Part shown: piece by piece, positions 38,687 through 47,841 of the stretch | How positions within the stretch are numbered: position 1 is the first letter of the stretch | Layout of the letters: every line of letters starts with the position of its first letter | Assembly (NCBI GenBank): GCA_963664405.1 | Contig: OY761158.1 | Location: 1,152,001-1,216,000, forward strand | DNA from: Thermoanaerobaculia bacterium | GTDB taxonomy: Bacteria; Acidobacteriota; Thermoanaerobaculia; Multivoradales; Multivoraceae | Direction of reading: 5' to 3' | Length of the DNA: 64,000 bases | Translations under genes and position numbers: made by a program | The notes under the pieces: generated by a model | The model's input: the letters and a program-made list of their open reading frames with translations, nothing else | What the model was told of the DNA's origin: nothing | Databases searched by the model: none

Positions 38687-39781
38687 GTGCGAGTCCCCTA
38701 CCTCAATCTGAAGGCCCAGTACGAGCCTATCCGAGCGCGCCTCCATCACGCTCTCGACAGCGTTCTGACCCACGGCCAGTTCATTCTCGGTCCTGAAGTG
38801 GCAGAGCTCGAGCGGCGCCTCGCCACCTACCTTGGCGTCAAAGAGGCGGTCACCTGCAACTCCGGGACGGATGCGCTCCTGTTGGCCTTCAAGCTGCGTG
38901 GCATTGGCGAGGGCGATGAAGTGATCACGACCTCGCACTCCTTTGTGGCCACAGCGAACGCGATCGTCAATGTCGGCGCAAGGCCGGTCTTCGTCGACAT
39001 CGAGACCGACACGATGTGTATCGACCCACGCGCCGTAGAGGCGGCGATCACTCCGCGTACCCGGGCCGTCGTGCCGGTTCATTTGAATGGCTACCCCTGC
39101 GAGCTCGGCGCAATCGAATTACTGTGCCAGCAGCACGATCTGGCACTGATCGAGGACTGTGCCCAGGCCCTTGGTGCTTCGCGCCGGGGAGCAGGTGTTG
39201 GTACACGGGACATCGGCTGCTTTTCGTTGCATCCTCTAAAAGCTCTTGCAGCGCCCGGCGACGCGGGGTTCCTCACGGTGACGTCAAACGACGATGCCAC
39301 CCGTCTGCGCGAGATCAGGAACCACGGGCTCATCGACCGCGACACCTGTGCTCGCGTCGGCATCAACAGCCGTTTGGATACGCTGCACGCGGCTTTCTTG
39401 CTCGTCAAGCTCGACACCCTCGATGACGCCCTCGCCAGGCGACGCCGCAACGCAGACGTCTACCGCGCAATTCTCGACGGCCTGGTGGAGTTGCCACCAG
39501 ACGGTCCGGACGTCGAACAGACGTGGAGTGCCTTTGTCGTTCGGCATCAAAGAAGAGACGAGATCATCTCGGCCTTGGCCGGTCACGGTGTCACGGCATT
39601 GGTCCACTACCCACGCGCAATCCACCAGCAGCCGGCCTACCTGCCACAGCCCGCCCTCCCCGTCACCGAGAGCGTTGTTTCGCAAATATTCAGCCTGCCG
39701 ATCGCCGCCGAGCTCAGCGAGGAGCAGGTACGCGCAGCCGCCGAGGTTCTATGCGCGGTTCTCGAGGAGACCGATGACTGA
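38687..39781 (+). CDS. DegT/DnrJ/EryC1/StrS sugar aminotransferase
   Basis: NSGTDAL, IEDCAQALG, FSLHPLK (PLP lysine), NSRLDTLHAA. Confidence 0.95.
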   Translation: MRVPYLNLKAQYEPIRARLHHALDSVLTHGQFILGPEVAELERRLATYLGVKEAVTCNSGTDALLLAFKLRGIGEGDEVITTSHSFVATANAIVNVGARPVFVDIETDTMCIDPRAVEAAITPRTRAVVPVHLNGYPCELGAIELLCQQHDLALIEDCAQALGASRRGAGVGTRDIGCFSLHPLKALAAPGDAGFLTVTSNDDATRLREIRNHGLIDRDTCARVGINSRLDTLHAAFLLVKLDTLDDALARRRRNADVYRAILDGLVELPPDGPDVEQTWSAFVVRHQRRDEIISALAGHGVTALVHYPRAIHQQPAYLPQPALPVTESVVSQIFSLPIAAELSEEQVRAAAEVLCAVLEETDD

Positions 39782-41315
39782 GGCGGAGCCCAAGGTCGTA
39801 TCGGCCGACGCACTGGTCGACGTGCTGGCTGAGCTACGGGCGAAGGGCAAGAAGGTCGTGCAGTGTCACGGCTGCTTCGACATCGTGCATCCTGGTCACA
39901 TTCGGTATCTCAAATTCGCCAAGAGCCTGGGCGATGTTCTGTTCGTCAGCGTGACCGCTGACCGAGTGGTCGGCAAGGGTGAGGACCGACCCTACATCAG
40001 TGAGGATCTGCGTTTGGAGAACCTGGCCGTCCTCGAGTTCGTCGACTACGTCTACCTCGACGACAACAGTTGGGCGGGACCGATCCTCGAGCAGGTTCAA
40101 CCGGACATTTACGTCAAGGGCAAGGAATACGAGAGCAAGGGAGACCCTCGATTCGCTCAGGAACGCGAGTTGGTTGAGGGCTACGGCGGCAGAGTCGTCT
40201 TCAGCTCGGGCGACGTCGTTTACTCGTCGACCTACATTCTCAGTCAGTTCCGCGAACGTCTTCCCCTAGAGCAGGAGCGCCTGGAGAGCTACTGCCGGCA
40301 GCAGGAGATCACTCGCGAAAGGCTGATGGCGCTGACGAGGTCCTTCTCCGAGAAGAAGATCCTCGTGCTGGGCGACCCGGTTCTCGATCAGTACATCCAT
40401 TGCGAGGCGCTCGGCATCGCGTCGGAGGCACCGATTCTCACCGTCAACCCGATCCACGAGGATTGGTTCGCCGGTGGAGCGGCGTTGATCGCGGCACAGA
40501 TCGTAGAGCTCGGTGGAGATGCTGGGCTGTTCGTCAACCTGCGCCCGGGCGAAACGAGCGATCGCTTTCGCGACATGGTCCAAGCGTCGGGAGTCGAGCT
40601 CATCGATTCTGCCGACCGCGAACGGCCTGTCGCCATGAAGACGCGCTACCTGGTCGAAGAGAGCAAGGTCTTCAAGGTCGACAATGTGCGCTCCCTGCCA
40701 TCCTCAGCCGGCGCTTCGCGAACGATTGCCGGCGAGCTCGACTCGATTCTTGGCGACTACGACGGTCTGATCATCACCGACTTCGGGTACGGTTTCTTCA
40801 CCCGGCCACTCATCAACGCCCTAGAGACGGTAGTCGCGGCCCGGAGAAAGCCCTACTACCTCGACGTCAGCCATACGCACCATGCGAGTATCCTCAGCTT
40901 CAGCGGCCCACGGATCGCTACTCCGACGGAACAAGAATTGCGGTTCGCATTCGCGGACAATGAAGCTGGCCTGTCGAATCTGGCCTCCCGCTTCTTCCGC
41001 AAGACTAACGCCGAGAACCTGCTGCTGACGATGGGATCTCGCGGCGTGCTCCTCTTTCGACGGCCCGCCAGCTCCGCGCTCCGTCTTGACACTGACTTCT
41101 TGCCGGCGTTCGAGTCGGCAGCGATGGATCCTGTCGGTGCCGGAGACGTCTTCCTGGCAGCAGTGGCGCTCTCTGACCTAGCCGGAGCCAGCTGCCAAGT
41201 CGGCGCCTACTTAGGTAGCGCCCTCGCGGCTCTGCAGGTGGCTGTGCTCGGTAATAATGTCGTCGACTCCCGCGTACTGCACACTTATCTCGAGCGCCGT
41301 CCAGAGCTCAGATGA
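39774..41315 (+). CDS. HldE-like bifunctional nucleotidyltransferase and PfkB sugar kinase (reversed domain order)
   Basis: N-terminal HGCFDIVHPGH and YVKGKEY; C-terminal LGDPVLDQY, DFGYG, DPVGAGDVF; ATG overlaps the DegT stop. Confidence 0.88.
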   Translation: MTEAEPKVVSADALVDVLAELRAKGKKVVQCHGCFDIVHPGHIRYLKFAKSLGDVLFVSVTADRVVGKGEDRPYISEDLRLENLAVLEFVDYVYLDDNSWAGPILEQVQPDIYVKGKEYESKGDPRFAQERELVEGYGGRVVFSSGDVVYSSTYILSQFRERLPLEQERLESYCRQQEITRERLMALTRSFSEKKILVLGDPVLDQYIHCEALGIASEAPILTVNPIHEDWFAGGAALIAAQIVELGGDAGLFVNLRPGETSDRFRDMVQASGVELIDSADRERPVAMKTRYLVEESKVFKVDNVRSLPSSAGASRTIAGELDSILGDYDGLIITDFGYGFFTRPLINALETVVAARRKPYYLDVSHTHHASILSFSGPRIATPTEQELRFAFADNEAGLSNLASRFFRKTNAENLLLTMGSRGVLLFRRPASSALRLDTDFLPAFESAAMDPVGAGDVFLAAVALSDLAGASCQVGAYLGSALAALQVAVLGNNVVDSRVLHTYLERRPELR

Positions 41316-42298
41316 CATTGCGGGCAAGGCGAGTGTTGCAACTCGTGGCGGGCATTGTCATCGCTGCAGTGCTGCTCTACTTGAGCTTCGCCAAGCTGAG
41401 TCTCGACGTCGTCATGAAGGAGCTCGCGAGTGCGAGGTTGGAGCTGCTCGGGCTGGCCATGCTCGTGCGTCTAGCGGCCCTTTCGTTGGCGTCGCTGCGT
41501 TCCAGAATCTTTCTCGCGCCGATACGCAGATTCAGCATCTATCGTCTCTTCAAGTCCCTCGTACTCGGGTTCATGATCACGAACCTCGTGCCGCTCAGGG
41601 CGGGTGAGCTAGCTCGCGTAGGCTACCTCGCGCGATACGGCAACGTCGCTGCCAGCAGCTGCCTGGCAGCCGTCGCGGCCGAACGGCTGCTCGACCTCAG
41701 CGTACTACTGGGTCTGTTCGTCGTCATTCTACCCGGGCTCGCTGTCGATCTACCGATCGGCGCTACGCTGTACGTGGGGTGCGGTCTGTGTGCCATTGCA
41801 ATCTCGGTCGCAGCTCTCTTGGGTAGGCACCCGCAGCGGTTGGTTGCCCTTTCGCGGGCCTTCGGCCATCTCCTGGGTCGGAAGCTTGGAGGCTTCTTGG
41901 AGGCTAAGTCGGCACTCTTTGCGCACGGGCTGTCCGCCCTCGGTTCGATGAAGGCGCTGCTCGCCGTGATCTTTCTCTCGGCCCTGTTCTGGCTCTGCTC
42001 GGTGGCCTCTATTCATCTCTGGCTCTTGGCTCTCGGGCTCGATCTCCCCTGGGGAGCACCAGTGGTCGTCCTCGCCTTCCTCTCGCTCGGGCTGGCCGTG
42101 CCGACGACGCCTGGCAACATTGGCACCTACCACTTTCTGGCCTTCGCGGCGCTCACGACTCTCGGCGTTTCGGACAACAAGGCCGGCTCGTTTGCCCTTC
42201 TGGGTCATGCGATGTCGATCGTGCCAACGACCTTGATCGGCGTCGTTCTGTTGCTCGGAGACGTCTATTACTCCAAACGAACAGCGTCGGCGTCATGA
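41312..42298 (+). CDS. Lysylphosphatidylglycerol-synthase TM domain (UPF0104) flippase-like protein
   Basis: NLVPLRAGELAR, AERLLDL, PTTPGNIGTYH; ATGA overlap. Confidence 0.9.
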   Translation: MTLRARRVLQLVAGIVIAAVLLYLSFAKLSLDVVMKELASARLELLGLAMLVRLAALSLASLRSRIFLAPIRRFSIYRLFKSLVLGFMITNLVPLRAGELARVGYLARYGNVAASSCLAAVAAERLLDLSVLLGLFVVILPGLAVDLPIGATLYVGCGLCAIAISVAALLGRHPQRLVALSRAFGHLLGRKLGGFLEAKSALFAHGLSALGSMKALLAVIFLSALFWLCSVASIHLWLLALGLDLPWGAPVVVLAFLSLGLAVPTTPGNIGTYHFLAFAALTTLGVSDNKAGSFALLGHAMSIVPTTLIGVVLLLGDVYYSKRTASAS

Positions 42299-42345
42299 GC
42301 TGACAGGGGCCACCACTCGGCAGTCCACAAGAGGTCTCGAGAGCG

Positions 42346-43065
42346 CTAGTGGCCCCCTGCAGCGACTCTAGCGTTGATGAGGGTCGGGGCCACGGGGTAA
42401 AGGAAGCGAGGGACGCGGAACCAAAGCAGTCCGATGACGGGCCGAACCGTATCAAGTCGTCCCGCCTGAGGCGGCCTGATCGGCAAGATCTGGACATCGG
42501 TGAAACCAGCCGTTTGCAACGCACTCTCGAAGAAACGAGCGGAGTGCATCACCACCAACGGGGTGTCGACCATCGCCAGAAGAGCCCGAGTCGCCGGCGA
42601 GAAGAGGAGCTGGGTCGCATATATGAATCGGTTGAGGCAGAATTCCGAGATCCATACAGACCCACCGTCGGCGAGGAGACGACGTGCCTCTGCGAGTACG
42701 TGTCGAACGCAAGTTCTCGCGCTACTCCCGCGGTTATCGGTGACGTGATGGAGAATCAACGGGAAGACGATGTGATCGAACGAGGCCGACTGGAGCGGCA
42801 GCGTTCGAGCCTCCCCAAGGACTCCCGACACGCCTTCCGGTAGCTCACCCAGCATCGCAACGCTGAGATCCGCCGCCGTCACCTGAGGTGGTAACGAGTT
42901 GAGGTCTGCCCTACTCCACAGGCCGCCAACACAGAGAACTCTGCCTGAGACCGAAGTTTCAATGACACGCGCGGTCACGGCGTGGTGAGCTCGCATTCCG
43001 GCCTCAGTGTCGCGATATTCCTCGGCCACATCGTCGAAGAACTGACGCACGTCGCGCGCGGTCAT
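42346..43065 (-). CDS. Class I SAM-dependent methyltransferase (degenerate motif I)
   Basis: FFDDVAEEY, RVLCVGG, ADLSVAML, LPLQSASFDHI, ILHH, EARRLLADGG. Confidence 0.8.
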   Translation of the reverse strand: MTARDVRQFFDDVAEEYRDTEAGMRAHHAVTARVIETSVSGRVLCVGGLWSRADLNSLPPQVTAADLSVAMLGELPEGVSGVLGEARTLPLQSASFDHIVFPLILHHVTDNRGSSARTCVRHVLAEARRLLADGGSVWISEFCLNRFIYATQLLFSPATRALLAMVDTPLVVMHSARFFESALQTAGFTDVQILPIRPPQAGRLDTVRPVIGLLWFRVPRFLYPVAPTLINARVAAGGH

Positions 43066-43073
43066 GGCGAGAG

Positions 43074-43820
43074 CTACGGGGGCCTGCCCCGAACGGCTTC
43101 CTGGCGATATTTTCCGACTGCGCGTGCACCTTGCCAGACCTCCCAAATCGCCCGCAAGACCGACGGTGGCGCGATCGCCTTCGACTGGCCAAAGGAGCGA
43201 CCCCGAGAGACGAAGGGGGCTTCGGTGATGCGAAGCTCCGGTCGGCGCAGTTGTGCTTTCGCTAGCATCTCGGCGAAGTAGGCATGTCCCCCGGAGACTA
43301 CCTCGAGACCGCGAAAGGCCTCGACCCTGTACATCTTGAGGCCGTTGAGGTAGGCCCAGGGGAAGCCGTAAAGGGTGGACGTCACGCGCCCGAACGCGAA
43401 CGAGGCGAGGCGGCGGCCGAGGGTGCGAATGACCGGATTCTGCAAGTAGCCGAGAATTACATCACTTCCATGGCGCAGAGCCATGAAGTTGTCGATTGAA
43501 GTCGAGAAAACGAGCTCTCCGTCGCCCGGAAGCACCGTGACCCAGCTTCCGTCAGGGATGCTCTCGTAGGCCTCACGCACGCTTACCCCGAGACCTCTAT
43601 TTCGCTCGTTGGCTATCATCTCGCATCGAGGCTCACGTTCGCAAACCGCCCTCATGCAATTGGCGGTACCGTCGGTCGAGCCGTCATCGATCAGCAGCAG
43701 GCGCACGGTCATCGGAAGGTTCGGCACATGAGCCAAAACCTCCCCGACCACGGATTCGATCGAAGCCTCCTCGTCGAGGCACGGGATGATGACGAAAAGA
43801 GTCTCGGGCTCGGAATTCAC
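43074..43820 (-). CDS. GT2 glycosyltransferase (polyprenol-phosphate type)
   Basis: VIIPCLDEE, IDDGSTDGT, NRGLG, LPGDGE; start may lie up to 43892. Confidence 0.9.
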   Translation of the reverse strand: MNSEPETLFVIIPCLDEEASIESVVGEVLAHVPNLPMTVRLLLIDDGSTDGTANCMRAVCEREPRCEMIANERNRGLGVSVREAYESIPDGSWVTVLPGDGELVFSTSIDNFMALRHGSDVILGYLQNPVIRTLGRRLASFAFGRVTSTLYGFPWAYLNGLKMYRVEAFRGLEVVSGGHAYFAEMLAKAQLRRPELRITEAPFVSRGRSFGQSKAIAPPSVLRAIWEVWQGARAVGKYRQEAVRGRPP

Positions 43821-44069
43821 GGCTGGTAATTCCAGGTTCGTGGCGGACACCGAAGGTGCGGAGAGAAGCTTGGGATGCTGCGGTCGGCCCAAGTTATCGA
43901 GTCAGGTAGAGGTTACCGCGTTCCCAGGCGGTTGTAATCTCATCGTTTACCCGCTGGTGGGCGATCGGCTCGATGTTGGTCTCGTCAGCCACCGCATCTA
44001 GAGTTCCCGCGCGGTACCGGATGCCCAGTGCCTGGATGACAGGTTAGAATTGGCAGCGGTAGGCGCAGC

Positions 44070-45125
44070 GTGGGAGGTACAGTCGGAGAATCCTTGATCG
44101 AGAGCACTTCGTCGGGGCGTAGGTGGGCAAACTGGTGTGCCGACCTTGGAGTCGACGATCTGTATTGGTCGTGGCCACACATCACGCTTTGGGCGCGGGA
44201 ATCGCAGGCGGAAGCCGTCGGGATACGCTGGAGCGATGGAAGCAACACCGTGCTTCTTTGTGTACTGCGGTGTGACCTTTCGAGGATTCCCGGCGGAAGC
44301 GGGCACTGCGACGTACGGACCGCATACAACTTCGGCGGACCACTGTGGACTGGAGGTAGCGAGCCCGATGTCGCCGCGTTCGAGCGCGACTGGGATGGGA
44401 TGCTCCACGAATGGGGCGCGGTGACCGAGTTCATGCGCCTCCACCCGTTCCGCCACACAGTTGTGCCGTCCTACTCCGTGTCTCATTTCAACGATCACGT
44501 GGTGGACCTGACCCAAGGCTACAAAGCGGCCAGGGCTCGTTATTACGGCTCTTGGCGCCGCGACCTGCAAAGAGCGGAGCGCCTGCAGCTCGAGGTCGTG
44601 GTCTCGACAAATCCTGACAAGCACGAGGTCGGAGCCTTCGAGCTCCTGTACGCGCTGACGATGGAGCGGCTCGGCGCGCCACTCTGGTACCGTTTCAGCG
44701 CGCGGACCGTCGCGGGTCTGTTCGCCCTGGACGATGTGAGCATGGTCACGGCCTACGCCCCCTCGGGCGAGCCTGCGGCGCTAGGGTGCCTGCTGCGCTC
44801 GGGGCCGCAGCTTTTCTACCATCTGAGCGCTGCCGACCCCGCGCATCGTGAGTTGCACCCGACCCATCTGATGCTCGATGCGATGGTGCGCGCTGGATGC
44901 GCTCGAGGATGTGAGTACCTGCACTTGGGCGGCGGAGCGCTGTCGCTGCAGAAATTCAAGTCCCGCCTCGCCAGCGGCAGCGTGCCCTACTACATTGTCA
45001 AGCGCGTGCTGGATGAAGACATCTATGCCTCGATCTGTGCCATGAATGACCTGCCGATCGACGGCGAGGTCTTCCCTGCCTGGCTCGGCGCATGGAGCAA
45101 CGCGTCGCAGGGCGCCCATGACTGA
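44070..45125 (+). CDS. GNAT/FemAB-like acyltransferase
   Basis: AYNFGGP, EFMRLHP, YALTMERL, YHLSA, YLHLGGG, FKSR. Confidence 0.85.
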   Translation: MGGTVGESLIESTSSGRRWANWCADLGVDDLYWSWPHITLWARESQAEAVGIRWSDGSNTVLLCVLRCDLSRIPGGSGHCDVRTAYNFGGPLWTGGSEPDVAAFERDWDGMLHEWGAVTEFMRLHPFRHTVVPSYSVSHFNDHVVDLTQGYKAARARYYGSWRRDLQRAERLQLEVVVSTNPDKHEVGAFELLYALTMERLGAPLWYRFSARTVAGLFALDDVSMVTAYAPSGEPAALGCLLRSGPQLFYHLSAADPAHRELHPTHLMLDAMVRAGCARGCEYLHLGGGALSLQKFKSRLASGSVPYYIVKRVLDEDIYASICAMNDLPIDGEVFPAWLGAWSNASQGAHD

Positions 45126-46032
45126 GCACGGCGTCGCCGCGAAGGCGAGCTACGAGACGCTTCTCGAGAGCCTCAACGACGAGGTTGACGGATGGTCTCG
45201 TACCGACGCGCAGGTGCCCGCGCGGCCCCTCCTGTTCGTAGTGGGTATCCCCCGCAGCGGCACCACACTGCTGTATCAGCTGCTGGCAGCCAGCGGTGGA
45301 TTTGCCTATCCGAGCAACCTCATTGCACGATTCTACAAATCACCCGCTTACGGGGCGCGAATCCAACGACTGCTCGCGCCCCTGCTCGAGCGTGGAGCAC
45401 CGGAATGGAGCTCTCGAGCCGGGAACACAGAGCATTGGTGGGGGCCACACGAGTTCGGCTACTTCTGGCGGCATCATCTGCCGTTCGCCGAGCACCACGA
45501 GCCTGCCGGCCCGTCCATGGACAATCTCGCTCGGGCAGTAGCCGCATTAGAGGCTGAATGCACGAGCCCGCTGCTGTTCAAGAACGGCATCTTGTGTCTA
45601 GTGCTGCAGCACCTCGCGGCGGCGATGCCGACCGCCCGCTTCGTGCACATCCACCGCTCGCCTCTCGACGTCGCACTCTCGCTGTACCGAATGCGTGTGC
45701 GCTGTTACGGCGACGCGCGCAAGTGGTGGTCACTCCGACCTCGCGACGTGGACCTGTCCGCGCCGCCGGAAGTGCAGATCGCTGACCAGATCGCACAAGC
45801 GAAGTCGGCCATCAGCCAGGCCGCGACCGAGGTGGGACCGCTGCGATGGATGGAAGTCTCCTACGACGATCTTTGCGCCGATCCACACTCCGTCGTGAGG
45901 GCAGTCAGTCGTCTGATAGGCACCGAACTGGCAACGGCGGAGCTCCCTGGGCACTTCTCAGCATCGCGCACGGCGGATGCTCCGCTCGAAGATAAGCTGC
46001 GCACCGAGCTGGAGTATCGAGGGCTCGCTTGA
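45118..46032 (+). CDS. PAPS-dependent sulfotransferase
   Basis: FVVGIPRSGTTLL (5'-PSB), HIHRSPLDVALS (3'-PB), VSYDDLCADP. Confidence 0.92.
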   Translation: MTEHGVAAKASYETLLESLNDEVDGWSRTDAQVPARPLLFVVGIPRSGTTLLYQLLAASGGFAYPSNLIARFYKSPAYGARIQRLLAPLLERGAPEWSSRAGNTEHWWGPHEFGYFWRHHLPFAEHHEPAGPSMDNLARAVAALEAECTSPLLFKNGILCLVLQHLAAAMPTARFVHIHRSPLDVALSLYRMRVRCYGDARKWWSLRPRDVDLSAPPEVQIADQIAQAKSAISQAATEVGPLRWMEVSYDDLCADPHSVVRAVSRLIGTELATAELPGHFSASRTADAPLEDKLRTELEYRGLA

Positions 46033-47072
46033 GCGAGGACCGGTGGGAGGTCGGCTCGGCCCTGCACTGGATGGCGGTGGCAGCGCCGCCCCAGCCATCG
46101 GTACTGCCCTGGGCTAACGGCCGCTGGCTCGGGACGGGTCGCCAGGCGCTGCGCCTTGTCGTTGAATTAGGATACCGCAAGCGGGGCTGGAGGCGGCTCT
46201 GGATCCCGAGCTATTTTTGCCAAGACGTGGCCCGTGCACTAGTGGCGACGGGAATTCGGCTCGAGGCTTATCCAGACCAGCCAGGCCGGCCAATCGAGCC
46301 ACCCGAAACACACCCTGGCGACGCGCTGCTGGTCCATAGTGGTCTCGGTTTGAGGGCCGGACGGCCCGCTGTCCCTGTTGACGTGATCGAGGATCACACC
46401 CACTCATTGCTGTCGCCTTGGGCTCGTGGGAGCGACGCCACCTTCTGCATCGCGTCGCTGCGGAAGCTACTTCCAGTGGCCGATGGCGGGGTCGCCTGGT
46501 CTCCAGCTGGACTCGCGCTCCCGAGCATCCCTAAGCAAACGGACGCCCAGCGCCGCGCTACGGAGACCCGGCTTCAAGGCATGTTGCTGAAGGCGCATTA
46601 CCTGGCGGGCTTGGCGGTCGACAAATCGACGAGCCTGCACCTGCTCGATGCCGGAGAGGCGGCCTTCGCCGACGGCGATCTGTGTCTAGCCTCAGCCCTG
46701 ACCCGTGCGCTCGTGCCCGCATTGCCCTTCGTTGGCTTTGAGCAAGCGCATCGCGACAACTACGCTCGCCTGTCAGCCGCTCTCATCGACGGCGGGTCTC
46801 GCTGCGTGGTGCTGGCGCCGGAGGAGTCCGCCGCACCGTTCTGCGCTTTCGTGGTGTTCGGCGATGCCGCAACTCGCGATCGCGTCCGCCGACAGTTGGC
46901 AGCGAAGAATGTCTATGCGAGCGCGCTCTGGCCTCTCGACCCCTCGGTTGTGAATGGCATTCCAGACGAGGACAGAGATCTATCAGCGCGCAGCTTCTGT
47001 CTTCCCGTCGACGCCCGCTATGATGGGTCGGACATGGACCGCATCGTAGAGGCCTTTCGCTGCGCAGAGTGA
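46029..47072 (+). CDS. Divergent DegT-like PLP-dependent protein
   Basis: TGRQAL, WIPSYFC, IEDHTH, SLRKLLPVADGG, LPVDARY. Confidence 0.75.
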   Translation: MSEDRWEVGSALHWMAVAAPPQPSVLPWANGRWLGTGRQALRLVVELGYRKRGWRRLWIPSYFCQDVARALVATGIRLEAYPDQPGRPIEPPETHPGDALLVHSGLGLRAGRPAVPVDVIEDHTHSLLSPWARGSDATFCIASLRKLLPVADGGVAWSPAGLALPSIPKQTDAQRRATETRLQGMLLKAHYLAGLAVDKSTSLHLLDAGEAAFADGDLCLASALTRALVPALPFVGFEQAHRDNYARLSAALIDGGSRCVVLAPEESAAPFCAFVVFGDAATRDRVRRQLAAKNVYASALWPLDPSVVNGIPDEDRDLSARSFCLPVDARYDGSDMDRIVEAFRCAE

Positions 47073-47109
47073 TGCGCAACTAGCATCGGGCTGCTAGTAC
47101 ACTCGCGCC

Positions 47110-47793
47110 ATGAATCCGGACGAGCATCACAGTCGGCTTTACTACAAGAAACTGCTTCCCGCCTCGGCGTGGCGACGCATTCTCGCTAGTCAGCAGCAAG
47201 AGATCTACGACCGTTTCATCGAGCACTTCCCCGCAGCCGCTGAGACGACCGTCCTCAATGTCGGTGTCAACGCGGATTTGCGTGAGCATCATCAGTACTT
47301 CCTGGAGTCGCGGTACCCCTACCTGGAGAAGGTCGTTGCCTGCGGGCTCGAATCGGACGACTACTACGGGAGTCTCTTTCCCGCGGCGACTTACAAGCAG
47401 GTTTTTTCGCGGCCAACCACTACCGTTCGAGGACGGCAGCTTCGACCTGGCATTCTGCAGCGCCGTCGTCGAGCACGTCGGCTCACGCAGCGATCAGTGT
47501 CGCTTTGTGAGGACGTCCTGAGGGTTGCCAAGCGAGCGTTCTTCACCACACCGAATCGGTGGTATCCGATCGACCTGCACACATTACTCCCCCTGCTGCA
47601 CTACTTGCCGGGGCGTCTCTACCGCCCTCTGTACCGACTATTGGGCTTCGAGTTCTTTTCGCGCGAGCAGAACTTGAACCTCCTCGACCGCTCCTCACTG
47701 GCGTCCCTCGTGCCTCGCGAGAGGCCCTTCGAGATCCGAACGCACAAGTTCCTGGGGCTGCCCTCGAATCTTCTGCTCTCGGTCAATCGTTGA
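47110..47793 (+). CDS. SAM-dependent methyltransferase with an internal out-of-frame segment (two compensating frameshifts)
   Basis: VLNVGV and TTPNRWYPIDLHT are in the main frame, but LPFEDGSFDLAFCSAVVEHVG reads only in the +1 frame between about 47405 and 47510. Confidence 0.85.
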   Translation: MNPDEHHSRLYYKKLLPASAWRRILASQQQEIYDRFIEHFPAAAETTVLNVGVNADLREHHQYFLESRYPYLEKVVACGLESDDYYGSLFPAATYKQVFSRPTTTVRGRQLRPGILQRRRRARRLTQRSVSLCEDVLRVAKRAFFTTPNRWYPIDLHTLLPLLHYLPGRLYRPLYRLLGFEFFSREQNLNLLDRSSLASLVPRERPFEIRTHKFLGLPSNLLLSVNR

Positions 47794-47841
47794 CACAAGG
47801 GTGGGTCGGCCATTCGCCCCCGCCTGCTACTCCGTCAGGCC

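Noticed and set aside
39294-39773. N-terminal extension of the HldE-like ORF
   Set aside because: Overlaps the DegT gene; ATG at 39774 has a GAGGAG SD.
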